DNA of 64,000 bases from the human T2T-CHM13v2.0 reference genome, Homo sapiens. This document shows, in pieces, positions 51,262 to 64,000 of the stretch. The DNA lies in assembly GCF_009914755.1 (NCBI RefSeq), contig NC_060928.1. One strand, written 5' to 3'. The notes beneath the pieces were generated by a model that searched no databases, was not told where the DNA came from, and saw nothing but the letters and a program-made list of their open reading frames with translations. The number at the start of each line of letters is the position of its first letter. The stretch's first letter is position 1. The position numbers were made by a program, and so were the translations under genes.

Positions 51262-51646
51262 TGATACGGTGTGGTTTTGTGTTCCCACACAAATCTCAGG
51301 TCGAATTGTAATCCCCACATGCCAGGGGAGGGACCTGGTGGGAGGTGATTGGATCAAGGGGGTGGATTTCCCCCATGCTGTTATCATGATAGTGAGTGAG
51401 TTCTCATGAGCTAGTTTAAAAGTGTGGCACATCCCCCCTTGCTCTCTCTCCTGCTCCACCATGGGAGATGTGTTTGCTTCCCCTTCACCTTCTGCCGTGA
51501 TTGTAATCTTCCTGAGGCTTCTCAGTTATGCTTCCTGATAAGCCTGTGGAACTATGGTAAGCCTGTGGAACTATTAAATCTCTTTTCTTCATAAATTACC
51601 CAGTGTGAAAATAGACTTTATAGCAGTATGAAAATGGACTAATACA
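51262..51646 (+). mobile_element. MaLR solo LTR, THE1D/MSTA-like
   Basis: 'tgatacggtgtgg...caaatctc...gggacctggtgggaggtgattggatc...aaaatggactaataca'. Confidence 0.92.
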
Positions 51647-51699
51647 GACAACTTTTCAGATTAATCAGATTTTGACTTTCCTTTTACTTCTGCACATCA

Positions 51700-51995
51700 T
51701 GATGCACCCTATTCTCTCTGCATTCTGTTCCTCCTCCCTTCCTTGACTGTTTAATTCCTATCCATCCACCAAGTATCCTTCAGACATCACTCCTTCATGT
51801 CCCCACAGCACCATGTGCTGACTGCGTGAAAGAGTTCATCCCACTGAAGTGTTATTAGGGTCACTTGTCAGTCTGTCTCCATTTAACTGTAAGCTAATGG
51901 AGGCCAGGTGTTTACATTATTGACTATCATATCCCTACTAATAGAGGGACTGACTAATAACAATAAGTGCCCAATGTATGCCTGTAAAATAAAGA
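51700..51995 (+). mobile_element. L2 3' portion
   Basis: 'gtctgtctccatttaactgtaagctaatggaggccagg...aagtgcccaatg'. Confidence 0.55.
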
Positions 51996-53399
51996 AAATT
52001 TTAAAATAAGAACAGAGAGTCATAAGAACAGAGAGTCAAATGAGCAGATACCTACATACACATTTTAAAAATTGATATGGATGGTAAATGACACATACAT
52101 GTAAATAGAAAGATAATTAGAGGGATAAATACATAATCAATTGGAGACATAGGTAGATTATGGAGACAAAGCTAAGAGGAGGAGGGACGTGAGGATGCCA
52201 GGCCCAGGTTGCTCTCTTGTCTCATTGCTTTTTAATGCTTCATACCCTTCCCATTCAATTCTTTGGAAAGTCCTAAGCAGTGTTCTATCATATTCATATT
52301 GAATTAGCTAGTTTTCCTCTCTACTCCCTTCATGAAAAGATGGACAACAAAATTTTTGTTGCTGCTGTTAAATTTAATAAGCACTCAATTTTTCAAAGCT
52401 GTCTACAGCTGATCTAGTTTCCTTTCAAACTAGTATAAGAAAACAATGTTTTTGCCAGTTATACCTGACATAACATGCATGAGGTGTTTATGTGGTAGGA
52501 ATCTATCTACTATACAGATAAGAAAACAAAAATGAGCTGTGTCAACAGGAATCGGCTTTAGTCATAGCAGGGCTAGAAGTGGTGGCTCATAGGGACAGAA
52601 GGGGTCTTTTCTGCTAAATGAATTCCAACTGATGAATACAAGATGTTGTCAAGAAGAAATTCTCTGACACTCTGTTTGTGGCTTATATGCTGTATGTTTA
52701 ATGTGAAGAATGGATTACTCTTATTTCTGATTTCTAAGGTGAAAGTTGAGTTAGGCTCATTTGTTGGAAAAACTCTCTAGCCTGCAGAGTTCAACGTAGC
52801 AACCTAAGCCTAAAGGAAGTCCTGTTTTCTTTAGGAGTAAAATGTAGTTTTGTTTGGAGGGCTAAGATGCAAAATTGGGTTCTTTCTGTCATGGTGGCTG
52901 CCCTCCTAATCAGATATGGAATTCGGAGTTGGAAAAGTAAATAAATCCCAAGATAGGAGAGGAGTATGTGAGGTTAGTACAGCTTAAGCTTCATCATGTG
53001 TGGGACTGTGGACAAGTCATTTTTAGTTACCTTTGGTGAGAACTAAATCTTCACCAAATATTCTTAGTGATTTTTAGAATGTTTTAAGATCCTGTGAAGA
53101 AAACTAAACATTTTAATGTTTTTTTTTCTTGAGAACTATAAATTTTGCTTTATGACAAATTGCTATTTTGTGGTGCAATATCACCAACGAGGCATGCAGG
53201 AACCACATTCTTCTAGGTCTTCTCCTCTTCCTGTCTCTTAGTTGATCTACTATTCCTCCTCTTTCTCTCCCAAGCTCTAAACACAGGTTTCCAGTTTAGG
53301 TGTTACAGAGGTATCAGTTTATTCCTTATAGACAAATTCTTAGGAGTTGCTAGAATTTGTTCATAAACCTGGGTGAAGTAAATTGGTTTTAAATATTTA

Positions 53400-53635
53400 T
53401 ACTGGAGTATGGTAATATTTAAAAAGAAATGCAGAATATTAGCATGCCCACTCCCAAGCCTCACCACTTCTTAACTATAACACGGCTAAGTTGCCCAACC
53501 TCTCCTGGTCTCGGGTTTCACAACTGTGAATCAAGATGCACCTGATTGTTTAAGTTCTTATGACCTAATCCAAAGAAAGTTTGTATCCAAGTGTCTAACA
53601 CACGGTAAATGCTCAGAAGATGTCTGGTATTATTA
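53400..53635 (+). mobile_element. MIR
   Basis: 'aagttgcccaacctctcctggtctcgggtttcacaactgtgaa...acacggtaaatgctca'. Confidence 0.6.
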
Positions 53636-54049
53636 AAATAAAATTTGAATTTGTCTTACCTGCTAAGGATCACTGACAGTGCTGCCCCTGATAGTTTTGT
53701 GTTTCATTGGTTTCCTGTATCTCACCTAGTCAAATATACTTCTTAAAAAATTCTGAATATTATCAGTGCCTATGATATGTATAGAACAGGAAGACATTTG
53801 GAACAGGAAATATGAGCATCATATCATGTATTTCATGTAGTGATGTAGTGTCCTCCGCAAACCCTCTGATTGCCACACAGTCAAAGTCTAAGCTTGCCAG
53901 CATGGCAACAAAGACGACTCCCAATCAACTGTCTTCAGCTTCAATTTCTGTTGCTTCTCTACACGAACATTCTCTACATGAGCTGGCCAAGAATACCTCT
54001 CCTCAAGCATCCCTGGTTACCTGCTCATGTACTCCTTCATTCTAGGAGC

Positions 54050-55220
54050 ATTTGGCCAGAGTGATCTTTCTGAAATGGAAGACTCATGTATTGTTCCTGT
54101 GAGTCAGATGGGAAGCTGATGGAAAGTCTTCAGCAGAGAAAAATCCAAAGTGACTGCAATGATTTACGTGACTCTACAGATCCTGGCCCCTGTGGGTATC
54201 ACCTCCCACCTCTCTACTCTTCACTGGCTGCACTCCAGCCATATTGGTTCCCTCACTTTCTTCACACTCAGTAAGAATGCTCTACCTCAGGGCCTTTGGA
54301 TATTCTGTTTCCTCTCCCTGGAAATGCCTAATTCACTGGTTTTCACATGTCTCCCTGCTTTTTTCCTACTATGGGTGGCAGGTGGGATGTCACCTTCACA
54401 GAGAGGCTGTTTTCTGTGTGCACTTTATTACATAGCAACACATCCTTTGTCTGTTTCAGTTTCCTTATGCTGCTTTATTACTTTTTTCATAGCACATCTC
54501 TCCACTAGACAAGTCTGTCTTTATTTTTTTTTTGTTTGTTATGTAAGGTCCATGAGAACATGCAGTTTGTCTTATTTTATCTTCATTGCCCAGAATAGTA
54601 CATTGGGTAGTATTAACCATTACCTCAGAATGACTGAACCCCCCACCAAGCTCTCTAGTGTTGTTCACAGTTTCCCCTTGTCTAGAGTTCCTTGTTACTG
54701 TGTTTAAATTTGGCTCAGCTTTTTTCAGCTTACTGAAATCTATCATCTCTTTGAATCCTTCAGTGAACATCCTGGTCTATAGTGATCATCTGTCCCCCTA
54801 CATTTCTGGAGGAATAAAAAAATTTACTTGTCTATTATCATCTGTGACTTTGTATGTGCGAAAGAGGTTGTTGGTTAACTAAATATGTCCTGGGGTCAGA
54901 TTGCCTGGGATCAAATCTTGGCTTAGCCATTTATAAGTTGAGTGACCTTGTGCAAGTGACATAGCTCACCTGCCATTCCTTCACCTGTCAGAGAGAATAG
55001 GACTAGTGCCCATTGCATTCATTTGCTGCATGACTTAAATGAGTTACATTCATCAAAGCATCATCCCTGGCACATGTAAGTGCTCAGTCAACGTTTGCAC
55101 TGATTTTTATCACCTACATACATTGTGTCCTCAGCTAGATCAAAAGCTCTGTTCTATGTGCCATAACATCTGGCAGAGTCTTCCACACAGCAGGTGCTCA
55201 ATAACTCTATTGACTTTTGG
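54050..55220 (+). mobile_element. L2 fragments with a MIR insert (~54870-55110)
   Basis: L2 'gccagagtgatctttctgaaatg', 'ctccagccatattggttccctc...acctcagggcctttg'; MIR 'ctgggatcaaatcttggc...gtgaccttgtgcaagtgac'. Confidence 0.7.
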
Positions 55221-56234
55221 TAAAATTATTTCCCAAAAGAAATGTCAGAAGAAATGCTTAGAAAAATTATGCCAAAGCAATTATGTTTGTAAAGCTGTTT
55301 TGAGACTTAGAAAGGGTAAAGGAGAGTTTCAAAAGAAATTCCCTTTACATACTCAGTTGGAAAACATTTTCTAAGCATGCACTAAGGGCTAGCCATTGTG
55401 CTCCATGCTCTAGAGATGCAGTGATGAAAATGGCATGGGTCTTTTCTATAAGAGTTTGTGGGGACAAATATGTGAGTGAATGGCTGTAATAGACTGTGAA
55501 GAGGGCTGAAAGGGAGGTGTGTGCAAAGCATGATAGTGTCACAGCGGTCATTTATGGATGGGGGATGTACTGGATAGTTGCTTTTTCAGCTTGACTTTGG
55601 TAGCCTACATTTCTATTTCTGTGTGCTGCATGAACGATTTTGAAAATGAGAATGGTGTTAAGATTGAAAATGAAATAGGGTCCCCAGGGAATAAGAGCAG
55701 AAGTGGTTTGGGGAGAATATACCAAAACTGTGTAAAACAAGAAGCACAGATTGAACCAAAATTGTTTATTTCTTTAGGTTTCGCTATAACCTAGAAAAAA
55801 AACATTCTGAAAACAGCACATTGACTAAGACTTAAGATTTGTTGCCTTATTGTTCTAGCATGTTGTTAAGTAATACAATTGTTTCTGTCTTCAGTGTTCT
55901 CTAATTGCAAGAATAATATGAAAATGGCATAAAACTGTAGGGTAACTGTCAGGGCCATGAAGAACAAAGCATGTTCAGGCCTCCAGGACCATGGTTTATG
56001 CCACCTGTTCTCGTCTGTCTGCTCCGACCCATTATTCTGATTTCTGTCTTATCTGACAATGTCTTTCAATGACAAACACAAAATTAAGATAGGTTGAAAA
56101 TGTAATTCTAAGCATCACTTTTAAGAGATAAAAGAAAAAATAAGCATCTTTTACTTGAGAATTTACCTGTTCACAAGTAAATTGAGTTTTCTGTTAATCT
56201 TTGTACATGTGTGGCCGGTGTGCCTACTGTTAAA

Positions 56235-57720
56235 TTGATACAAGATCAAGATATAAAATCAATTACATTTCTATATACTAGCAATAAACAATATGAAAAG
56301 TAAACTAATAAAACAATTCCATTTACCATAGCATTAAAAAAGATTAAAATATGAAGAAATTAATTTAACAAAAGAAGTGCAGTACTTATACATGAAACTA
56401 TAAAACATTACTGAAAGAAGTTAAAGAAGAATCTTTAATTTAGGGAAATTAAAGAAAAATCTTTAATAAAGGGAAAGCTATTTTATGTTCATGCATCAGA
56501 AGACTTAATATTGCTAAAGTGGCAATACTCCCAAAATTGATCTACAGATTCAATAAAATCTCTATCAAAATCTCAGGTAATTTCTTTTGAAGAAATTAAG
56601 CTGATTATAAAATCTATATGGAAAATCAAGAAGCTCAGATTGGAAGAAAAAATTCTAAGTACAAACAAAGTTGGATAACTCACATGTTTTGATTTAAAAA
56701 CTTACTATAATTCTATGGTAATCAAGATAGTGTGGTACCGGCATAAGAATGGAAACAGAATAATGGAATAGAATCAAGGATGCAAAAATAAACCCTTACA
56801 TTTATCACAAAATTAAAAAATTATTCTTCAAAGGACACCAGCAAGAATGTGAAGAGGCAAACCACAAAATGAAAAAAATGTATTTGTAAATTATTTATCT
56901 AGTAAGGAATTTGTATTACATAAAAAAATTTTAACCCAACAATGAAAAGGCAAGTAACCCAATCAAAAAAATGAGCAAAGGATCTGAATCGACATTTCTC
57001 CAAATAAATATTAAGTATTTCTCCAAGGAGGATATACAACTGGCCAATAAACACACAAAAATAATACTCAAACATCATTACTCATTAGGGAGATGTATAT
57101 CAAAATCACAATGAGCTACCACTTCACACTTATTAGGATGGTTAAAATAAAAAAGACAAGTACAAATAAGGATGTGGAGAAAATGTTAAGCAGAGTTATC
57201 ACCTACAAATTCCATTTCTGGGTATAAAACACTTGGACATAAATGTTCATAGCAGCATTATTTGAATTAACCAAAAATGGAAACAACCCAAATGTTCATC
57301 AGTTAATGAACGGACAAACAAAATGTGATATATTCATACCAGGGAATGTTATAAAGTCATAAAAGTGAATGAAGTACCCATGCATGCTACAACATGAATG
57401 AACCTTGAAAACATGTAAAGTGAAAGAAGCCAGTCACAAAATATCACATATCATATGAGTGCATTTCTATGAAATGTCCGTAACAGGCAAATCTATAGTC
57501 AAGAGGTAGATTGGAGGTTGTTCAGAAGAAGAAGTTAGGGGAAATAGGGAGTGACTGCTAATTGGTATGCGAATTTTTAAGGAGAAATGAAATGTTTTAA
57601 AATAAAATAGTCATAATTGTTGCACAACTCTGAGTATACTAAAAATCACTGGATTGTACACTTTGACACAGTGAATTTTCTGACCTATAAATTGTACCTC
57701 AATGAAGCTGTTATTTCAAA
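56235..57720 (+). mobile_element. Old L1 (L1MB/L1ME) ORF2 3' half and 3'UTR
   Basis: 'aaaatcaattacatttctatatactagcaa', 'ttgatctacagattcaat', 'acttactata...gtaatcaagatagtgtggtaccggc', end 'attgtacctcaatgaagctgtt'. Confidence 0.88.
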
Positions 57721-57759
57721 ACCCTACATAAATTGAGTTGAAAACAGTGGCAGCATTAG

Positions 57760-58625
57760 AATCCTAGAGTCCTAAGATCTGAATGAATCTTGAGCATGTT
57801 CTAGGACAATGATCTTCAGTTTGCTTGAATCCTCTCCTGAAAAATGTTTTCATCTGTGTTAGTCTCACACCAAACACAGAAATCATCACTATTCTTTCTC
57901 TGGATGAGTTTGTTTGCATGTTAGGAAGCTTAATAGCTGCTATTATCATTGTATTGTTACATTATATTTTTATAATACATTGCATTTTGTTGTGTTTATT
58001 ATGACCTAGGCACAAAGTGCTTTATATCACTAAGTATTTAATAACTGTGCCATAAATTGGTTTTGAGGTTATGGTGGGCTCCATTTTACAGAAACAAAAC
58101 TGAGGCACAGGAAGTAAAAAAAATTCAAAGTCACATAGCTCATAAAAGAACTTGAACTGTGTTTGACTTCACAGGCTACTTTTAACTAGTATTTCATATT
58201 GGCCTAAATCTAAACTAAAATGCCTCCTTGCAATTGCTAATCCTTTCTTCCTGACTCCTTCGTGTCACCTGTAGAAGTCTATTCACTTACAGGAAAATGT
58301 TTTCATATCCCCTTAAGTCTTCTACACATTGAGTATCTGGATTTACATCACTTCAGTCAAGGGTTTTCAAGTTATGGTCCTGAGACCTTTCCTACATTTG
58401 TCTGAAAGTGCGGTGTACAGAGGTCAAGAAACAAGATGCAATTACTCCCAGCTGTGGTGTCCGAGGCACCTTGAAAAGAACCTCTTGCTCCTTCCAAATA
58501 ACCATAAAAGTTAGGCAACATTTTGCATATTTTACAAATGAAGCATTGAACACAGAGAGGCTGAGATCTTGTTCAAGATTACACAGCCATGAAGTAATGG
58601 ACCCAAGATTTGAAACCACGTCTGG
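57760..58625. mobile_element. Cluster of MIR fragments (~57760-57950 +, ~57995-58190 -, ~58500-58625 -)
   Basis: 'ccattttacagaaacaaaactgaggcacagg', 'attttacaaatgaagcattgaacacagagagg'. Confidence 0.6.
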
Positions 58626-59994
58626 TTGTATTTGTTACTACTGACTTGAATTAGTTAATAGACTAGAAATTCCCCATTTCCTCAACATTGTAGACATACA
58701 AAATCAACTACATTAGCTGGAAGGATCCTACTGGAGAAGTAAAATCCTCCTAGCAGCTGGAGGCTGTAAATCTTAGGTCTGGAAGTTAGTGTGAGGCCAA
58801 GCTTATTAGTCATAATTAGAAGTCCTTAACATTTCAGAAAGGCTCTTTGTTTGTTGAGCTGGACACTTTCTCTTGAAAGGAATAATGCAAATCTTTCAAT
58901 TTATTTATTTTATTTTATTCTGTTTTTCCTACCACAGTGAGGTAGTGTCTGGGTGAGAACATTCCTTTGCTTCTCATTTCTTCTCCCAGAGCACCCTTTT
59001 CATAGAATGTTTTTAACTTGGCAGTTATTTTGATTAGAGTATAAAATTCGCCTTTTATGCTGAAGGATATTTTTTCCAAAAGCTTCTAGAGTCATTGCAG
59101 CTATTTGGCAGCAGGTTGAGGATGGGGAATGTGTACCCACCCTTGATGAGGAGGCCCAAACTTTGGCTGCAAGCACTGGTAGAATCTAGGGAGTGGCTAG
59201 CAGTTCTTTTTATGTGCTAGGCCACTGGCCACTGAAGGTATAAAGAGGGCTTTATTTTAATGAGGCAGCTGGTAGGAGGGCTGCCTAAAGTCAAGCTATG
59301 GCAACAAATAAGACTGTCGGAAATGGTAAACAAATTGCAGCCCTTTTCTAAAGACTTCTCAGAATTGCCTGGGAGGTGTGAGCCTCCCCCATCCCAACAA
59401 AGGAGACTGTGACCCAAGGGACTTTCATCTGAGGGACTACTGTCGGTCTGCATTTTTACTTTCAAAATGAAAAGTGAGGACCTGAGGCTTTAGAAAAGGA
59501 TGGCGATGCAAGTGTGAGCGGCTGTATCTCACTTCTCCAACGGGCAATTGTCCTGCTAGAAGAGGAAGCAAACCCAACCACCAGTCAAACACCTTGAGGG
59601 CTGGACTCTCATTTAGGAACTTTGCACACATCATCTTTGTTAATACCCATAGGAACCTTTGGTGGCAGCTAATCTTCATCAGTATATATATATACATACA
59701 TACATACTTTCTATATAAAAAGGTCAAATATTAAGAAACAGACCCGGAATTTGAATTTAGACCCGTATTACTCCAGGCACATGCCATTATGTCTCGTAGC
59801 CTCACCAGAGAATAGAAGAAACATTTTATTTGACAATTCTGTTAGAGTTCTTGGCACAACTTGGAGCTAAAGAAACAGTTCAGGTTCTAACGAGAAAATT
59901 ATTTTTTCTTGGTTATCTTTTTTCTTTTCCTTTCCGAGGCTCCTGATTTAACCCATTAATGGGAGGTAATATGTTATCTATTTAGCACCACTGC

Positions 59995-60340
59995 TTGACT
60001 TCATTCGTTTATTCACTGAACAAGCACCTACTAAGCAAACCAGATATGTTTATCAGAAGTGTGGATATAGCAGTAAAATCATAAGCAAAGTGTCTGACCC
60101 CACAGATGATGTATTTTAATGAAAGGGAACCAATAATAAAACAACATTTCAACAATACAACGGGAGTTAGTGCTAAGTGCTTTAAAATATAGAGTAGGGT
60201 TGTTAGGGAGACAAAGAGTATGCCTACTTAGGTCTGCTGGTCAAAGGAGGGTTCTTTGAGGCAATAACATTTGAGCAGAGCCCTGAATAAAACTGTACAC
60301 CATACAGATATCTGAGACAATATTACAGGTGGAAGAAACC
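59995..60340 (-). mobile_element. L2 3' portion
   Basis: 'ttcattcgtttattcactgaacaagcacctacta...ggtcaaaggaggttctttgaggcaataacatttgagcagagccctgaa'. Confidence 0.75.
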
Positions 60341-61559
60341 CATTAGTATCGCTTAAGCAAATGTTCCTGTAAAGGAAGGTTACTATTAGAAGCATCAATA
60401 TCCTTTAACAACTTTGCATGTTGGAGAATCTTTGTCTCGGTACCATGCTAGTAGTACCATGGTGACAAGATGACTCTACAGCTGCTCCAGAGAACCCAAG
60501 AGTGACCCACAGAAGTGAGTTTAATCTGATGAATGGGAAAAAATATCCTTGTAACATGGATTGTTCTGGAAAAGGGCCTATGTTTTTAATAAAAAGTCAT
60601 AATAGATTTCATACAAATTTCAGGCATTATGGGCCTTAGGCTCTCTTTCACAACAACTCAACTTTATCATTGAAGCAGAAAAGCATCCAAGACATAGGTA
60701 AACCAATGAGTTCCACTATGATTCAACCAAATGGCACCAGCACAGGCTGGTTGGGAACTCCTCCCCTGGAGTTACACTATTTGAAATCTGGACAGATGTC
60801 TGCCCTTACATGAAAGATGGCCAACTGTTAGGTTTTTTTATTTCTTTCTGGTTCTTCTCTTTGCTCTTCTCTCTCTGCCTTCACTGCCTGCTTCCTGCAT
60901 CGATCCCTCCGAGACCTCATTTGGTGCTTTGCCTGTGCCATGGGCTGGTCAACCCATTTATCAATCACGTTACAGTTCTACTGAAATTAAGAGCAAAAAG
61001 GTTCTAAGTTAGGAAAAACTGTGTAAAGGGACAAAAGGGAAATATAAGTCAGCCACCAAGACAATTTGCCAATGCTTCAGAACATGAACTTTCTGAGAGG
61101 TGTTCTGGAGGCTCTGGGATCTTTGTCTTTTCCTGTGTTGTTTGCTGAAATCTGGAGGGCTCAGGATTCTGGGTAAGGAAAATGAGATAGGACTGTAACA
61201 TGAAAACCCATTTAATTGGATCCTACTAACTGAAGCCTCGAAATAACTGTTACACTTTGCTTTCCTCCACAGATTGATTTTTCTGAGAACAAAATAAATA
61301 TCCACAGTGAGTCACAAATGTAAATGTATTGAGTGCCCAATGTATGGAGCCCTTTCTCCAAGACCTCACTGCCGTAAATACAAATATAACTGAGAACTGG
61401 TGATTTGAAGATGATTCTTGGGATAGCGGGCTAGGCGGCACTTCACACTGGCTTTTGGGGCCACATAGGGGTGTAATCATGTTATCACCCTGCACAACCC
61501 CAGAGGGTACCATACACAACCCATTTGACCAAACATGGCAGTCCTGAAAGGAATGATGA

Positions 61560-61735
61560 TTGAAAGCCAAGACTGAGCTTTGGCAAGGAAACCACCTCTG
61601 AATTACCAACTCATTGTCTATAATGTAATGATAGCATCTACCTCTTAGTAATTTTGTGAACATTAAATGAATAAAGCATGACAAAAGGCCTACCTCTGTG
61701 CTTGGTACATAGTAGGTACTCAGTAAAACATTTTT
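61560..61735 (+). mobile_element. MIR
   Basis: 'gatagcatctacctcttag...attaaatgaataa...gtgcttggtacatagtaggtactcagtaaa'. Confidence 0.7.
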
Positions 61736-62189
61736 TCTTCCATTCAGAAACAGATAAATGAAGGTATGCAAAACAATAGTTCATGACAAAGAAATTGGTC
61801 TCAGAAAATTTTATGTAAACCATAGAAAATTGGGAAAAAATAGATTTGATACCTTTCCTCCTAGAAATCCAGAGGCAATGGGATTTTTTAGCTTTTGTTA
61901 CCCACAGATATGTGTTTCCTACAACTCACTGACACCTCCTTTCCTCACTAAAGCAAAGGTCCTCTTCCCCAAGCGCTCTTGCTAAGTGAAGCTGGACTGT
62001 ATTAACTTCAAAGAGTGAATTCTTTCACTATATTCATGATCTCTTGCGATATTTTTAGATGATGACCACTTACTATACAATAAACTGTTGGTAAATTGCA
62101 ATACAACTATGTAGACATTGAAGATCTTATAAAACAAGAGGGCAGTTTCATTAATGACAAATTTTCAAAACACGAATCAGATTATGCAG

Positions 62190-62585
62190 TTAATTTCCTC
62201 CTCCTTAGCCTAGAACCTGCTGTTCACTTCATGTAGCCTTCAGATCATGGTCCATTCTGTCTCAGAAAGCCCCTCCTCACTTGCTGCTCAGCAAAGCCTT
62301 CTCTGATAACCATAGCCCAATGTCCCTTAACAGAGTGGAGAGACACATAACCCCTGACTTGGTCATTCTCCTTGCCACACCTGGAAATCTGCTTTATTAC
62401 AGCATTGGGAATGTAGTTGATTCCCAAACTAGGTACTCTTTGCTTTCCTTTTCCCCACATTACATTATTAGTTCTTGAATTGCAGAAAGGGTATCTCTAT
62501 CTTAATTCAGCTTTGAATCTGCAGCATTCAGTCCATTGACCATGACTCAGCAGGCAAAGTGACAATTGTTGAATGAATGTTTGAT
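62190..62585 (+). mobile_element. L2 3' portion
   Basis: 'cacttgctgctcagcaaagccttctctgataacc...attgttgaatgaatg'. Confidence 0.55.
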
Positions 62586-62929
62586 GTACATAGGATGATA
62601 GCTGTTCAGTGTGGCTTCCTCACTAATGTACAGACATCTCTGGATTTTTCCTGAGGGTAGACTTTTAAATGCATTTCTGGAATTTTCTTTCTCTGTTTTC
62701 CCTAACTCGATTAATTTTTATTCCTAGGTAATTCAAATAAACTTGGCGATTTGTGATTTCTCAATTCATGGCAGATTAAAAGATAAATCAGAATATGGCA
62801 TTCTTTAGAAGTGGAGCTTAAACATGAACGTTTACTTTTATTCCCTTTGAAGTTAGAGAGGGAGAGGGGATGTTGTCTGAAGAAGGAGCAATCTCCCCTG
62901 TCTCAATAGCATGAGGTGGGCTCCCGAGT

Positions 62930-63050
62930 GATGCGATATCCCCACAGGAGGAAACTGAAGGGAGACTGGTGAGCTGCTGGCCAGTGGCCACCAGGCTCAC
63001 AGAGCTGGAATTCAAACCCATGTATGGAGAGCCAAACTCTGTGTGTGTTT
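62930..63050 (-). mobile_element. MIR fragment
   Basis: 'acaggaggaaactgaagg...cagagctggaattcaaaccca'. Confidence 0.6.
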
Positions 63051-64000
63051 GGCCCATTATGCTGTAAGTGAATAATAATGACAACATAGAGAATAGGGAA
63101 AGTTAGACAGATGTTTCCGAGACTAGAGAATTGTTTGTTGGCAGCATGTTTTATAAAATCCTGGGTTTCATAAAAAGTATTATGAGAGTTTGCTGAAGAA
63201 TTTTGCTGTTAAAGAAAGCTTTAGGTGTGTTTATTACATTTCTGAGCTTAAAATGATAAAAGTTCATTTGGACTATAATTTCTGAATCTTGATTGTGTTA
63301 CATGCCTCTAACATACACTTCATCCTTTCTGTGCATCTCAGGTTGGTCCCGGACAATCAGAAACCAAAGAAGAAAGCAAACAGTAGGGTTCTGCTCCTCA
63401 TTAAAGGTCTCACTTTTGGTTCCTTCGGAGAAGAATGTAGGAAAACTCCTAGCACAGAGGAAATTCTGATGTATTACTCACAGAGTTTAATCAGACCATA
63501 TCGCTGATATTTCATTTCAATTCTTGATATCAGGGGCGTTCCTTAAAATAGAAAATTTTAATTTCTAAGCTTTAGAATCAATAGATTGCTCTGCAATTTC
63601 TTTCACTTGGCATTTAATAACAGCACTAAGTAAATTTCCAACATATGACTGAACTCAACCCATACTGTTGACAAATTGAAAGTTTAATTTACCTGGCAGG
63701 TTAAAAAAAAGCCAACTTTTTAATTTAATTACAACACTGAAAGAACTCAGGAAGTTGAATTCAGATGTTTTAATCACTGCGATTTTTGAAGCCCTACACT
63801 AAGCCTTGTCGGGGGGATAAAGGGAGACAAATATTTAAACACAAGGGCCCTTTTATGAATACAAATATAGTTGTTCAAAGGATAGAAATGATAAAAGGAG
63901 GAATGTATAAGTTCTGTCTAGAAGATGCATTGAAGACTTTACTCTAAAGGGGATGTTTCAGTAAAGTTTTGACTATTAATAATATGCAGGAATTTGTGAG

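Noticed and set aside
54150-54707. 185-aa hydrophobic ORF
   Set aside because: Lies over pyrimidine-rich L2 sequence; GTG start and no domain.

Overview
This is AT-rich, CpG-depleted primate genomic DNA. AluY copies point to a catarrhine, probably human or great ape; I cannot name the locus. It is intergenic or deep-intronic. I see no supportable protein-coding gene, RNA gene, CpG island or CRISPR array, and the listed ORFs are chance frames or read through repeats. Much of the window is interspersed repeat: 12 Alus; a ~5 kb old L1 (L1MD-like) with its reverse-transcriptase region deleted; several other L1 pieces; many L2/MIR relics; about 10 solo LTRs (MLT1, MLT2, MST, THE1/MSTA, LTR8, MER4, MER51, LTR16-like); and DNA-transposon MITEs (Tigger3a x2, MER2, MER30, MER5, MER20, MER63). 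I did not find a new biological system. The most interesting signals are mutational scars readable from the sequence: a twin-primed 5'-inverted L1 with its TSD and microhomologies, a ~59-bp patch inside a MER4 LTR apparently copied from a specific MST LTR 6.4 kb away, multi-layer TE nests, fold-back palindromes, and two close inverted Alu pairs. There are also two plausible + strand exons near 45-47 kb. Repeat family names are from recalled consensus sequences, not a RepeatMasker run, and boundaries of old repeats are approximate.
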